Made by a program: the position numbers and the translations under genes. Under the pieces are notes generated by a model, which saw only the letters and a list, made by a program, of their open reading frames with translations, did not search any database and had not been told where the DNA came from. A DNA stretch of 64,000 nt, from NCBI GenBank assembly GCA_023954745.1, contig JAGSHC010000005.1:4550-68549 (forward strand), in the 5' to 3' direction. Every line of letters starts with the position of its first letter. Position 1 is the first letter of the stretch. This DNA is from Deltaproteobacteria bacterium. Lineage in GTDB: Bacteria; Myxococcota_A; UBA796; UBA9615. Below, in pieces: positions 10,813 through 18,745 of this stretch.

Positions 10813-11976
10813 ATGCTAAACAACCGAGTCTTTGTACCCGTTGTCTTGATCTTGTCCCTCTTGATGCCGACGGCTGCGTTCGCTGGCAGGAAGGGGCACT
10901 CCCGAGACCGGGACTACGCCCACGGGCGGAACCACCGAGCCCCTGTCGAGCAGGGGTACATCACAGTCCGTAACGACAACGATGCCGCCCTCGAAGTCCT
11001 TGTTCGCGGCAAGGTGCAGGGCGAGGTCGACGCCATGAGCACCGCGCGCTTTGGACCATTCCCCGAGGGGAACCACAAGGTGCGAGTACGCTTCAACCGC
11101 CGAGGACTTCGGTTCCCGGTCACCGTGCAAAAGGTGTACGTCGGACACGGCCCCGCCCGCGTCTTTGCCGCCCAGGCAGACGTCGGCCTCCTCAAGGTAC
11201 GCAACGACTGGGTCGAGCCCATGACCGTGGTGCTCAACGGCCGCTCGGTCGGGACCATCGGTGCGAACCAGAAGCAGCTGTTCAAGCTCAGAGACGCCTA
11301 CGGGCGGGTGGAGCTCCGCACTCCGCGGGGCACGACGGCGCTGACCAAGCACGTGAGCCTCCAGGGGCTGCAGCGAGACAGGGTCGCCATCGTTCCTCCG
11401 CGGGAGGGCACGGTGACCATCACCAACCCCAGCCGCCAGCACGCACTGGACATCCTCTGCGCGCGGGGCAGCGTGGTGGCGACCCTGCCTCCGAGCGCTC
11501 GACGCACGGTGATCCAGCCGGCGGGTGATGTGACGCTGACCGCCGCCTACCGCGGCCAGGCCATCCAGCGGACGACCGTCTTGAGCTCGCCGTACGACCG
11601 GTCGGCCTGGACTGTGGCCCTGCCGACCCGTTCGACGCTGGGGGTGCGGAACCCGAACCGGTTCTCGGTGGACGTCTTCGTCGGGGGCCAGTTCTTCGCG
11701 ACGGTGGCTGGCAACGACAAGCTGATGCTGGACAACGTGCCGGTGGGCCACATTCAGGTGGAACTCGTCGGTCAAGGCCGCCGCGGTGGCATCTCGCAGG
11801 TGGTCAGCACTCGGGTGGACGCCCTCAGTGGCGGCTTCCTCCCCATCCCGCAGGTGCGGGTGGCGGACGGGCGCGGCGGGTCGTCGAGCAGCTGCGACAG
11901 TGGATACGCCGAGGTCCCGCCCCGGGACACGAGCCGTCGAGGTCGGGGGCGGAGCCGGAGCTACGCCCGGAACTAG
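10813..11976 (+). CDS. Secreted hypothetical protein built from four ~75-aa internal repeats
   Basis: Signal peptide MLNNRVFVPVVLILSLLMPTAAFA with a GGAGAG RBS 6 nt upstream. Repeated modules begin ITVRNDN, LKVRNDW, VTITNPS and LGVRNPN. Confidence 0.55.
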   Translation: MLNNRVFVPVVLILSLLMPTAAFAGRKGHSRDRDYAHGRNHRAPVEQGYITVRNDNDAALEVLVRGKVQGEVDAMSTARFGPFPEGNHKVRVRFNRRGLRFPVTVQKVYVGHGPARVFAAQADVGLLKVRNDWVEPMTVVLNGRSVGTIGANQKQLFKLRDAYGRVELRTPRGTTALTKHVSLQGLQRDRVAIVPPREGTVTITNPSRQHALDILCARGSVVATLPPSARRTVIQPAGDVTLTAAYRGQAIQRTTVLSSPYDRSAWTVALPTRSTLGVRNPNRFSVDVFVGGQFFATVAGNDKLMLDNVPVGHIQVELVGQGRRGGISQVVSTRVDALSGGFLPIPQVRVADGRGGSSSSCDSGYAEVPPRDTSRRGRGRSRSYARN

Positions 11977-12000
11977 CTCTCCAGAGCAGCGCTGAGCAGG

Positions 12001-12032
12001 CGAGCCCGCTCCGATTCGTCGGGGCGGGCTCG
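12001..12032. terminator. GC-rich hairpin (9-bp perfect stem CGAGCCCGC/GCGGGCTCG, 14-nt loop) between convergent genes
   Basis: The inverted repeat is read directly from the sequence. It lies 25 nt after the plus-strand stop and 5 nt after the minus-strand stop. There is no T-tract, which is common in high-GC genomes. Confidence 0.35.
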
Positions 12033-12037
12033 TCGCT

Positions 12038-12538
12038 TCATGGGTCCGAGCGCCGCCAGGCCCACCACGCAAGGGGGACCAGGATCGGCCACGCGAAGAA
12101 GCCCACGTCGGAGTCGAACCAGCCGAGCTCGAGGGGCCGCATCGAGAAAGGGAACAGGTACCGGTAGGAGGGCCGGACATGCCACTGCATCACGTCGAGG
12201 AGGAGATGCGCTACGCCTCCCCCGAGCAGGAGGGCCGCGAGCCGTCGCCTGGGAACTCCATCGAGGAGGAACCTGGGGAGGCCGGCCGCGAGGGCGGTCA
12301 CCACGAACAGTAAACCCAGGGGCAGGTGCAACGCTCCAAACCCGGTCACGACCCAGTCCAGATCGACGCCTTGGGACACGGCGATGGGCTGGATGGTGCG
12401 GGAAATCGAGATGGCCGGGACCCGACTGACGATGTCGGGGAGCACTCCTCCGAAGACGAAGACCAGGAGTTCACGGCGTCGGAGACGGCCGGCCGGCAGC
12501 GCGACGTTGAGCAGCGTGTGGGTGAGCAGGTCAGGCAT
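12038..12538 (-). CDS. Membrane-bound metal-dependent hydrolase, YdjM/DUF457-like
   Basis: Starts MPDLLTHTLLNVAL, matching the MDxLTHxLLG signature of YdjM-like proteins. It has several TM helices. The start overlaps the upstream stop (ATGCCTGA). Confidence 0.5.
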   Translation of the reverse strand: MPDLLTHTLLNVALPAGRLRRRELLVFVFGGVLPDIVSRVPAISISRTIQPIAVSQGVDLDWVVTGFGALHLPLGLLFVVTALAAGLPRFLLDGVPRRRLAALLLGGGVAHLLLDVMQWHVRPSYRYLFPFSMRPLELGWFDSDVGFFAWPILVPLAWWAWRRSDP

Positions 12539-12971
12539 GGGAGGGCCGATGGCGCCACCGGCGCAGAACCCAGAACCCCAGAGCCAGGAGCCATGCCCCG
12601 AGCATCGCGATTCCCGTGACCTCCTTGAACCGGCGGTAGGGGTGTTCCTTGACCAGCTCTGGCACGACGACGAGGCCGCCGCCGTGGTAGCCGACAACCG
12701 AGATGATCGTGCCAGGGGAGGGGAGTGGCTCGTCGGGGAGCCAGGGGGTGACCTGCACGGGCCCCATCCAGCTTCGAAGGGACACGGTGTCGCCCTCTGC
12801 GGCGACGACCCTGGTGAACCCGAGATAGAGCTCGCGACCCTCGCAGGAGGCCGGGCGCGCCGCGCACTCGGCCAGGGACACCGATCGCGCGTCGATGGCC
12901 CGACCAAACAGACCGACGAACAGGAGGGCGCAAAGGACCGAGACGAGGGCGAGTCCGTGGCGCGGGGTCAT
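12531..12971 (-). CDS. Two-TM membrane protein, DUF3592-like
   Basis: An N-terminal TM (LALVSVLCALLFVGLF), a ~90-aa middle domain and a C-terminal TM (GIAMLGAWLLALGFWVL). It sits 2 nt downstream of the rhomboid gene. Confidence 0.4.
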   Translation of the reverse strand: MTPRHGLALVSVLCALLFVGLFGRAIDARSVSLAECAARPASCEGRELYLGFTRVVAAEGDTVSLRSWMGPVQVTPWLPDEPLPSPGTIISVVGYHGGGLVVVPELVKEHPYRRFKEVTGIAMLGAWLLALGFWVLRRWRHRPSHA

Positions 12972-12972
12972 G

Positions 12973-13716
12973 TCAGTGGTAGATCGGCCCGTCGTCGCCG
13001 ACGACCCGAAGGTGCGACGGCCGCTTCGGTTTCGGGTCCCGCCGCACGAGCGGCCGGCTCCCGTCGTCTCCGAACAACCTCAAGATCACCCACCCGAGCA
13101 GCAGCCCGATGAGGTGCGCCTCGTGGCTGACTCCGGGGCTCGGGAACCCAAGCTCCAGTCCCACTGCCATCGGGATCAGCCAGATGGCGTCGAACTCAAA
13201 GGGGATGAAGAGCAGGTTGATCGGCCGCTTGGGAAAGGTCAGCGCGAACACCGCCATGACGGTGTAGACCGCGCCCGATGCACCAAGGGACCGGGACCCC
13301 CAGACGAGAAAGGGAAGGTCCCAGCCGGTCAGGTGGAGGATGCCCTCGAGCGCTACTTGAACCAAGCCGCCGGCCACGCCAGAGCCCATATACAGCCAGA
13401 GGAAACGCTTGTACCCCCAGCGCTGCGCGATGGTCGACCCAAACATCCAGAGGATGAAGAGGTTCCCAGCCAGATGCCCAAACTCCGAGTGGAGGAACAG
13501 GCGCGTCAGAGGTTGCCAGAGCATTCCTCGGAAGAACTGCGTGCTCTGAAGCGCCCCGTACTCCTCGATGAAGGTCGTCCCGCCTCCGATGCCGATCACT
13601 CGCTGGAGCACAAAGACGGCAGCAGTGGCGATGAGCAGATGCTTGATCACCTGGGGGGTGGCGGTGGGCCCAAACCGGAATTGGGCACCGCCTTGCTGGC
13701 CACCGGAGCGACTCAT
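12973..13716 (-). CDS. Rhomboid family intramembrane serine protease (active)
   Basis: TM2 WQPLTRLFLHSEFGHLAGNLF, catalytic GASGAVY (GxSG) and HEAHLIGLLLG (catalytic His). The C-terminal tail is ...DDGPIYH. Confidence 0.8.
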   Translation of the reverse strand: MSRSGGQQGGAQFRFGPTATPQVIKHLLIATAAVFVLQRVIGIGGGTTFIEEYGALQSTQFFRGMLWQPLTRLFLHSEFGHLAGNLFILWMFGSTIAQRWGYKRFLWLYMGSGVAGGLVQVALEGILHLTGWDLPFLVWGSRSLGASGAVYTVMAVFALTFPKRPINLLFIPFEFDAIWLIPMAVGLELGFPSPGVSHEAHLIGLLLGWVILRLFGDDGSRPLVRRDPKPKRPSHLRVVGDDGPIYH

Positions 13717-13743
13717 GAACCACCTCCAGTGAGTGGCGCCAAC

Positions 13744-14580
13744 TCAGTGATAGATCGGGCCATCTGACCCTCCCTTCACGGTGTCCTCGACGGCGCGAAG
13801 AAGGCGGTCACCCTTCGCTCGGCGGGCGCGCCTCCGGGGGTCGAGTCGGTCGCGATAGCGCCAGAAGAGCCAGCCGCCAGCCATGCCTCCCAGCTCGTAG
13901 CCGCCGACTCCCGGTGCTGCTCCGAAGGGGACGAACATGCCCAGCGTGCGGCCGACGACGAGGAACGCCACTCCCACGGCGATCCACTTGAGCTTGACGG
14001 GCAAGACCATGAAGAAGCTCACGAATGCATCGGGCGTAAGCGAGCAATTCACAACAATGATCGCGAGCACGACTGCGCCGAAGCCGTAGTGGTATCCGGG
14101 GGGCTGCTGGATGAAGCCAAAGAGGGCCGCGCCCACGAGGGAGCCCACCGTCGCGGCCACCCACAGCTCCAGGAACCGCCTTCGCCCCAGGAACCGTTCG
14201 ACGGTGTGGCCGAAGAAGCCGAGCCCAAAGAACCCCAGGACGTACCCCCCGAGCCCCCAGGGGGGGTAGAGCAGCGGCCCCGTGACGAGCTGCCACCAGC
14301 GGAAGCCGACGCCCATGGGGGGGCCGCCTCCCCCAGGCGCGCTCAGGGCGAGCAGGTTGGCCAGCGGGACCCGGGTGCCGGCGATGCTGGGAGCGAACAG
14401 CGGTGCGGCGTCCGTGGGAATCAGCGAGATCACCCAGCCGATGGCCCAGAGCGCGCCATAGAACAACAGGATGCTCCGCCCCAGATCCGTGAACTGGAGT
14501 CGAAAGCTGCCACTACGGGGAAGCGCTGCGGGGGTTGCCGCCATCGTCTTGACCATGACCTCGAAGACTCCCCTTGACAA
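13744..14580 (-). CDS. Rhomboid-like membrane protein, probably a catalytically inactive pseudo-rhomboid paralog
   Basis: A polytopic membrane protein related to the adjacent rhomboid. The GxSG serine is replaced (GFGAVVL) and no TM6 His is recognisable. It has the same C-terminal ...SDGPIYH tail. Confidence 0.55.
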   Translation of the reverse strand: MSRGVFEVMVKTMAATPAALPRSGSFRLQFTDLGRSILLFYGALWAIGWVISLIPTDAAPLFAPSIAGTRVPLANLLALSAPGGGGPPMGVGFRWWQLVTGPLLYPPWGLGGYVLGFFGLGFFGHTVERFLGRRRFLELWVAATVGSLVGAALFGFIQQPPGYHYGFGAVVLAIIVVNCSLTPDAFVSFFMVLPVKLKWIAVGVAFLVVGRTLGMFVPFGAAPGVGGYELGGMAGGWLFWRYRDRLDPRRRARRAKGDRLLRAVEDTVKGGSDGPIYH

Positions 14581-14583
14581 TAC

Positions 14584-14607
14584 CTGTACATCCGTTCATT
14601 ACTGAAC
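14584..14607. promoter_or_regulatory. Putative LexA operator (SOS box) in the divergent lexA / rhomboid-operon promoter region
   Basis: CTGTACATCCGTTCATT matches the Myxococcus-type LexA box CTRHAMRYBYGTTCAGS (recalled from memory) at 15 of 17 positions. It overlaps a perfect inverted repeat GTTCA-N4-TGAAC (14594-14607). It lies ~55 nt upstream of the lexA start. Confidence 0.5.
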
Positions 14608-14656
14608 AAACGTGTAGACCCAGCGACGCCCGCTGGGATCGCGGAAGGAGCACCCC

Positions 14657-15334
14657 ATGAAGGGCTTGTCGTCGAGGCAGAGAGAGATCCTGGAGTACAT
14701 GCACGAGCGGCTGGTCGAGGATCAGGTGCTCCCGTCGTACCGCGAGATTGGTGACGCCATGGGCATCAAGTCCACAAATGGTGTGTCCGACCACGTCAAG
14801 GCCCTGGAACGAAAGGGGTATGTCTCGCGCCGTGGAGGCGGGGGCAGGGGAGCGCTTGCTCGGGCGCTGACCCTGACGGAGCAGGCACTCCTCGAACTCG
14901 GCATCACGGCAAACGAGCCCGACCCGATCCTCACGGGGGACGTGGTCCAGATCGGGGTGTACGGCCAGGTGGCGGCTGGGCAGCCCGTCCTCGCGGTGGA
15001 GAACCGTGAAGAGACTCTGTTCGTCGACTCGTGCATGGTGCCCGGCGGTGGTCAGGTCTTCGCGCTCCGCGTCTCCGGAGAGTCGATGATCAACGCGGGC
15101 ATCCTCCCGGGCGACTATCTCTTCATCCGCAAGCAGCGCACAGTCCGCAACGGGGAGATCGCGGTGGTCGTGATCGACGGGGACGCCACCGTGAAGACCT
15201 TCTTCCGAGAGGGAGACCGGATCCGCCTGCAGCCCGAGAACGACACGATGGAGCCGATCTACGTGGCGGCGTCCGAGTTCCGGGATGTGCAGGTCATGGG
15301 GGTTGTGTGCGGCGTCTATCGGAAGATGCACTGA
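14657..15334 (+). CDS. lexA: LexA repressor
   Basis: An N-terminal winged HTH, the AG cleavage site (VAAGQP), and an S24 peptidase domain with GESM (Ser) and VVVIDGDATVKTF (Lys). Confidence 0.9.
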   Translation: MKGLSSRQREILEYMHERLVEDQVLPSYREIGDAMGIKSTNGVSDHVKALERKGYVSRRGGGGRGALARALTLTEQALLELGITANEPDPILTGDVVQIGVYGQVAAGQPVLAVENREETLFVDSCMVPGGGQVFALRVSGESMINAGILPGDYLFIRKQRTVRNGEIAVVVIDGDATVKTFFREGDRIRLQPENDTMEPIYVAASEFRDVQVMGVVCGVYRKMH

Positions 15335-15407
15335 GCTTCGATTGACGGAGGCCGTCCAGAGTTCTATAGATCGCGCCGCTCCGAGAGGAGCCCACGAATC
15401 TCTTCGT

Positions 15408-15483
15408 GGGGGATTAGCTCAGCTGGGAGAGCGCAGCGTTCGCAACGCTGAGGTCAGGGGTTCGATCCCCCTATCCTCCACCA
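15408..15483 (+). tRNA. tRNA-Ala (anticodon CGC)
   Basis: I folded the cloverleaf by hand. The acceptor stem GGGGGAT/ATCCTCC has a G3:U70 pair, which is the alanine identity element. The D-arm is GCTC/GAGC, the anticodon loop is TTCGCAA, the T-loop is TTCGATC, and the 3' CCA is encoded. Confidence 0.9.
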
Positions 15484-15541
15484 ATCTCGACGAGGCCCTG
15501 GGGTAATGACACCCCGGGGCTTCGTTCCTTGGAGGCGTCGT

Positions 15542-16288
15542 ATGTCAGCTGCTCGTTGGCTCGCGCTCGCTGTCGTGTCGCTCGGGGGAGCGTGCAGCCC
15601 CGGCTGCGGCCCCGAGAAGGTCTCGCCCACTCCGTCCCTGGCCCAGGCTCCCGACGTCGCCCAGGAGCCCTCTGTGGGCTCTCCCGAGCCCACTCCAGTC
15701 CCTGAGTCTGCCGAGCCGGTCCCCAGCGCCGAGGTCGAGTCTGAGCCTGCGACACCGCCATCCACCCTCGAGGCGCGTCGTGCGGTGATGCGCGAGATCC
15801 TCGGACCGCAGGACCTCGGCACCTACGAAGTAGGCAGTGCCTACGACCTCGGAGCCATCAAGATGGCGAGCCTGGAGCGGAGCGGCGACGCGCAGCCGAT
15901 TACGGCGCTGTCCGTGGCGGCCCAGAATGCGGGCTTTTCGACGGGGCTGCTCCAGCGCGCCTTCACGACCGGTGAGGGCGACGGTGGTCAGACGCACCCG
16001 CTCGAGGTGCTCGGGTACGACCTGGTTCAACCGCGGGGCGTGGGCGCACTGACTCTCGGGTCGCGCAGCATGCCGAGACTCGACTACGCCTGGCTGCGGG
16101 TCGATGAGGACTCGGGCGTGCGAGAGAACGGCTCGGGGTCCGCGGTCTGGCTGCACTGCTCCGACGACTCTCCGGGGCCGGTGGGAGACCGGTTCGTTCT
16201 CGTCAGCTCGGAGATGCCGTCGGACCGATACAAGGGAGAGCGTCTCGAGGCGTTCCTCGCATCCCTCAACTGGTGTGCGGGTCCCTAA
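15542..16288 (+). CDS. Hypothetical lipoprotein with a Pro/Glu-rich linker
   Basis: Signal and lipobox MSAARWLALAVVSLGGAC, then a low-complexity P/E/S linker, then a globular C-terminal domain. Confidence 0.5.
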   Translation: MSAARWLALAVVSLGGACSPGCGPEKVSPTPSLAQAPDVAQEPSVGSPEPTPVPESAEPVPSAEVESEPATPPSTLEARRAVMREILGPQDLGTYEVGSAYDLGAIKMASLERSGDAQPITALSVAAQNAGFSTGLLQRAFTTGEGDGGQTHPLEVLGYDLVQPRGVGALTLGSRSMPRLDYAWLRVDEDSGVRENGSGSAVWLHCSDDSPGPVGDRFVLVSSEMPSDRYKGERLEAFLASLNWCAGP

Positions 16289-16300
16289 ATGGGCTTCTCT

Positions 16301-16385
16301 GTGCTCCAGGGCACCCCGATGTGCTCCAGGACACTCCCATGCACAACGTCCGATAATCAATATTATGTAAACTAATGAATTCGAA
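16301..16385. repeat. Tandem 20-bp direct repeat (GTGCTCCAGGgCACcCCgAT x2, 17/20 identical) followed by a ~35-bp AT-rich tract (~25% GC)
   Basis: Read directly from the sequence. It sits in a convergent intergenic region between the lipoprotein gene and bamB-like, and is very atypical for a 70% GC genome. Confidence 0.6.
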
Positions 16386-16474
16386 CCAGAGGGACGAGAG
16401 GCCTCAGGTTCAACGTGAGCATTGCGGTGCGAACCGCGGCGTCGTGGGCGCGAACCGGGCGGAACTGCCGCGGA

Positions 16475-17872
16475 CTACCAGCCCAGTGGGCGGTCCGCTC
16501 TCCAGCCGGGCTCTTCACTTCGGTCCGAGACGAGCCCACTCTCCGCGATGAGCGAGACGAGCAGTCCACCGCTGGTGGGAAACACAATCTGGCGCCCGTC
16601 CACGGCGATGGTGCTGGCGATGCCCGCGATGCGCGTCCCGTCCGATGGCCGCCACCGCCACTGGAGCTTGCCCTCGTAGCGGTCGAGCGCGTACAGGGAG
16701 CCGTCCACGTCGGCGACGAGGATGCTCCCGCCGGCCCGGGTCGGCGGCCCAAAGAGCCGGCCCTTCTTCTCCCAGGTCCACTCCACCTCGCCGGTCTCAG
16801 CGACGATGGACTGCACGCGGCCCTTGCTGTCTGACGTGTACACGGAGCCGCCAGCTTCGACCATCGAACTGACAGCGCCCGCGTCCTCGACGGTCCACAG
16901 GACGCGGCGCGTCTTGGGGTCGATGCCCATGACGGGCCCGTCGAACGCTCCGGCAACGAGGACTCCGTCCACCAGCAGCGGCTCCGCCTCGATGTCCGGG
17001 AACTGCCCCGAGCCCACGCGGGCCTCCCAGCGCAGACGACCCGACGCGGGGTCGAGCCCCACGACGACTCCGTCGGAGAACCCAGCCAGGACGACGCCCT
17101 CGGCCACCGTCGGCGCGGGCGAGCCGAGAATCGCGAGCTCCATGGAGGTCCGCGCGACTTCGCGCTTGTAGCTCCAGACCCACTTGCCCGTCGCGAGGTC
17201 GATCGCGGTGACCTGATCCCGCGCAGTGCTCACGAGGACCTGGTCTCCATTGACCACGGGGGTGCGGTACACGGCTCCCCCTGCGTCGTAGGGCGACTCC
17301 CACGCGGACTCGAAGGTCGCGTCCAGCCGCTGGATCTGCCCAAAGGTGTCGGCGACGATCCATCCACCGAGCACGGTGACGGACTCGCTCCTGGTCATGA
17401 ACTCGTCGGTCCCGGCAATGGGCACCTGGACTTCGCGGGACTCCTCGGCGAACAGCGGCAGGGGGGCCGCTTGCACGGGCCCCGAGGTGCTCAGTACGCG
17501 ACGGAGCAGGCCGTCGGCCCGGTCCATGACCAGCAGGCCGGCCTTGCGGGAGCTGCCCACCAGGAGCAGGTCCCCGTGGAGGGCCGGCACGCCGAGCTCC
17601 ATCCGGTCGAGAGCCCAGCGGCCCTCATCCGGCAACTCGTAGGTCCAGTCGTCCGAGAGCGGCAGCCGAAAGCCGCCGTCGTACTTCCGCTCGGCGCGCG
17701 TCTGCTCGCCAGCACCAGCGAAGAAGCCGTCGCCCGCCCATGCGTCGAGACGCACGGGGTTGGTGAGCTGCGGCTCGCTGGGCCCAGCCATCGACGCCGA
17801 GCGCCGACAGCCGGTCTGCGCCGCGACCGCAAGTGCGAGGCTCAGCGTGAGTGTGAGCTGTGCGGCTCTCAC
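16475..17872 (-). CDS. bamB: PQQ-repeat beta-propeller lipoprotein, BamB-like
   Basis: Lipoprotein signal LALAVAAQTGC and repeated PQQ-like blades (GxVYxxxxDGxLxAxDxxTGxxxW). It is linked to yfgM-like and der as in E. coli yfgM-bamB-der. Confidence 0.55.
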   Translation of the reverse strand: MRAAQLTLTLSLALAVAAQTGCRRSASMAGPSEPQLTNPVRLDAWAGDGFFAGAGEQTRAERKYDGGFRLPLSDDWTYELPDEGRWALDRMELGVPALHGDLLLVGSSRKAGLLVMDRADGLLRRVLSTSGPVQAAPLPLFAEESREVQVPIAGTDEFMTRSESVTVLGGWIVADTFGQIQRLDATFESAWESPYDAGGAVYRTPVVNGDQVLVSTARDQVTAIDLATGKWVWSYKREVARTSMELAILGSPAPTVAEGVVLAGFSDGVVVGLDPASGRLRWEARVGSGQFPDIEAEPLLVDGVLVAGAFDGPVMGIDPKTRRVLWTVEDAGAVSSMVEAGGSVYTSDSKGRVQSIVAETGEVEWTWEKKGRLFGPPTRAGGSILVADVDGSLYALDRYEGKLQWRWRPSDGTRIAGIASTIAVDGRQIVFPTSGGLLVSLIAESGLVSDRSEEPGWRADRPLGW

Positions 17873-17875
17873 GTG

Positions 17876-18673
17876 CTACTGCAGCGACGCCAGGCGGGCC
17901 TGCGCATCCGGGAGCAAGAGGCTGTCGGGGAACTCCTCCTCGAAGGTGGCGAGGAGGCCCTTTGCCTTGTCCTTGTCGCCGCTGGCGGCATGCACTCGAG
18001 CGAGATCGAGGGTGGCCTGCGCCTTCATGTCCCCCTTCGTCGCGCCGCGAAGGCTCTCGAGGATGCTTCCGGCTCCGGTGAAGTCGCCCTTTGCCTCGAG
18101 CACGTAGGCCTTGCCTACTTGTGCGCTGAGCCCCGTGAGGCTCTTGCCCGAAGCGACCGGCTCGTAGAAGCCGAGAGCCTCATCGTGCTTGCCGAGGCGG
18201 TATGCGATGCCGCCGGCGTCCACGCGGGCCTGATCGGCCTGCGGTGTCCCGTCGTACTCGTCGATGACGCCGGAGAGCGCGGTCAGGGCCTTGCCCAGAG
18301 CCTCGGTGTCCTCGGCGCCCACGTCGCTGGGAGGAGCGTTCAGCGCGGGAAGATCACGCCGCGCCTTGAACAGCGCCTCGGAGGCTTCCTGGGCCTTGTT
18401 GGCGGACATCGTGCCCATCAAGCCCCACACGAAGAGGAGCACGATGACGGCACCGACGGCCATCCCCAGCTCCTTGACGTGATCGAGCACCCAATCGATG
18501 AAAGGGCGACCCTGCTGCTGGAACTGGTCCGGCTGCTGGATCTCCTCGACGACTTCCTTGTGCTTCGTTCGTCGCTTGATGACCGCGTTTGCCCGCCGCT
18601 CCTTGCGGTTCATGGGGGCGTCGGGCGTAGGCCCTGCGGGGATTTCGTTGGGGTCAGGCTGCTCAGCGGCCAC
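17876..18673 (-). CDS. YfgM-like membrane-anchored TPR protein
   Basis: A basic cytoplasmic N-terminus, a single TM (GMAVGAVIVLLFVWGLMG) and a periplasmic TPR-like helical domain. It is adjacent to der and bamB. Confidence 0.5.
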   Translation of the reverse strand: MAAEQPDPNEIPAGPTPDAPMNRKERRANAVIKRRTKHKEVVEEIQQPDQFQQQGRPFIDWVLDHVKELGMAVGAVIVLLFVWGLMGTMSANKAQEASEALFKARRDLPALNAPPSDVGAEDTEALGKALTALSGVIDEYDGTPQADQARVDAGGIAYRLGKHDEALGFYEPVASGKSLTGLSAQVGKAYVLEAKGDFTGAGSILESLRGATKGDMKAQATLDLARVHAASGDKDKAKGLLATFEEEFPDSLLLPDAQARLASLQ

Positions 18674-18745
18674 TGGTCACTCTCCGAAGGGCTCCGGGGG
18701 CCTCCCCGGAGCGACGCGCACAAATACGCGAACGAGGCGCCTTGG

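Noticed and set aside
14584-14599. An E. coli-type LexA box CTGT-N8-ACAG
   Set aside because: The left half, CTGT, is present but the right half reads TCAT. The site fits the deltaproteobacterial/Myxococcus-type motif better, so that is the call I made.
15285-15506. A 73-aa ORF spanning the tRNA-Ala gene
   Set aside because: It overlaps a perfectly folding tRNA. It is the usual translation artefact.
15484-16400. A possible genomic island or att site next to tRNA-Ala
   Set aside because: I found no integrase, no direct repeat of the tRNA 3' end downstream, and only one small lipoprotein gene. The AT-rich repeat region is reported as a finding, but I do not call a mobile element.
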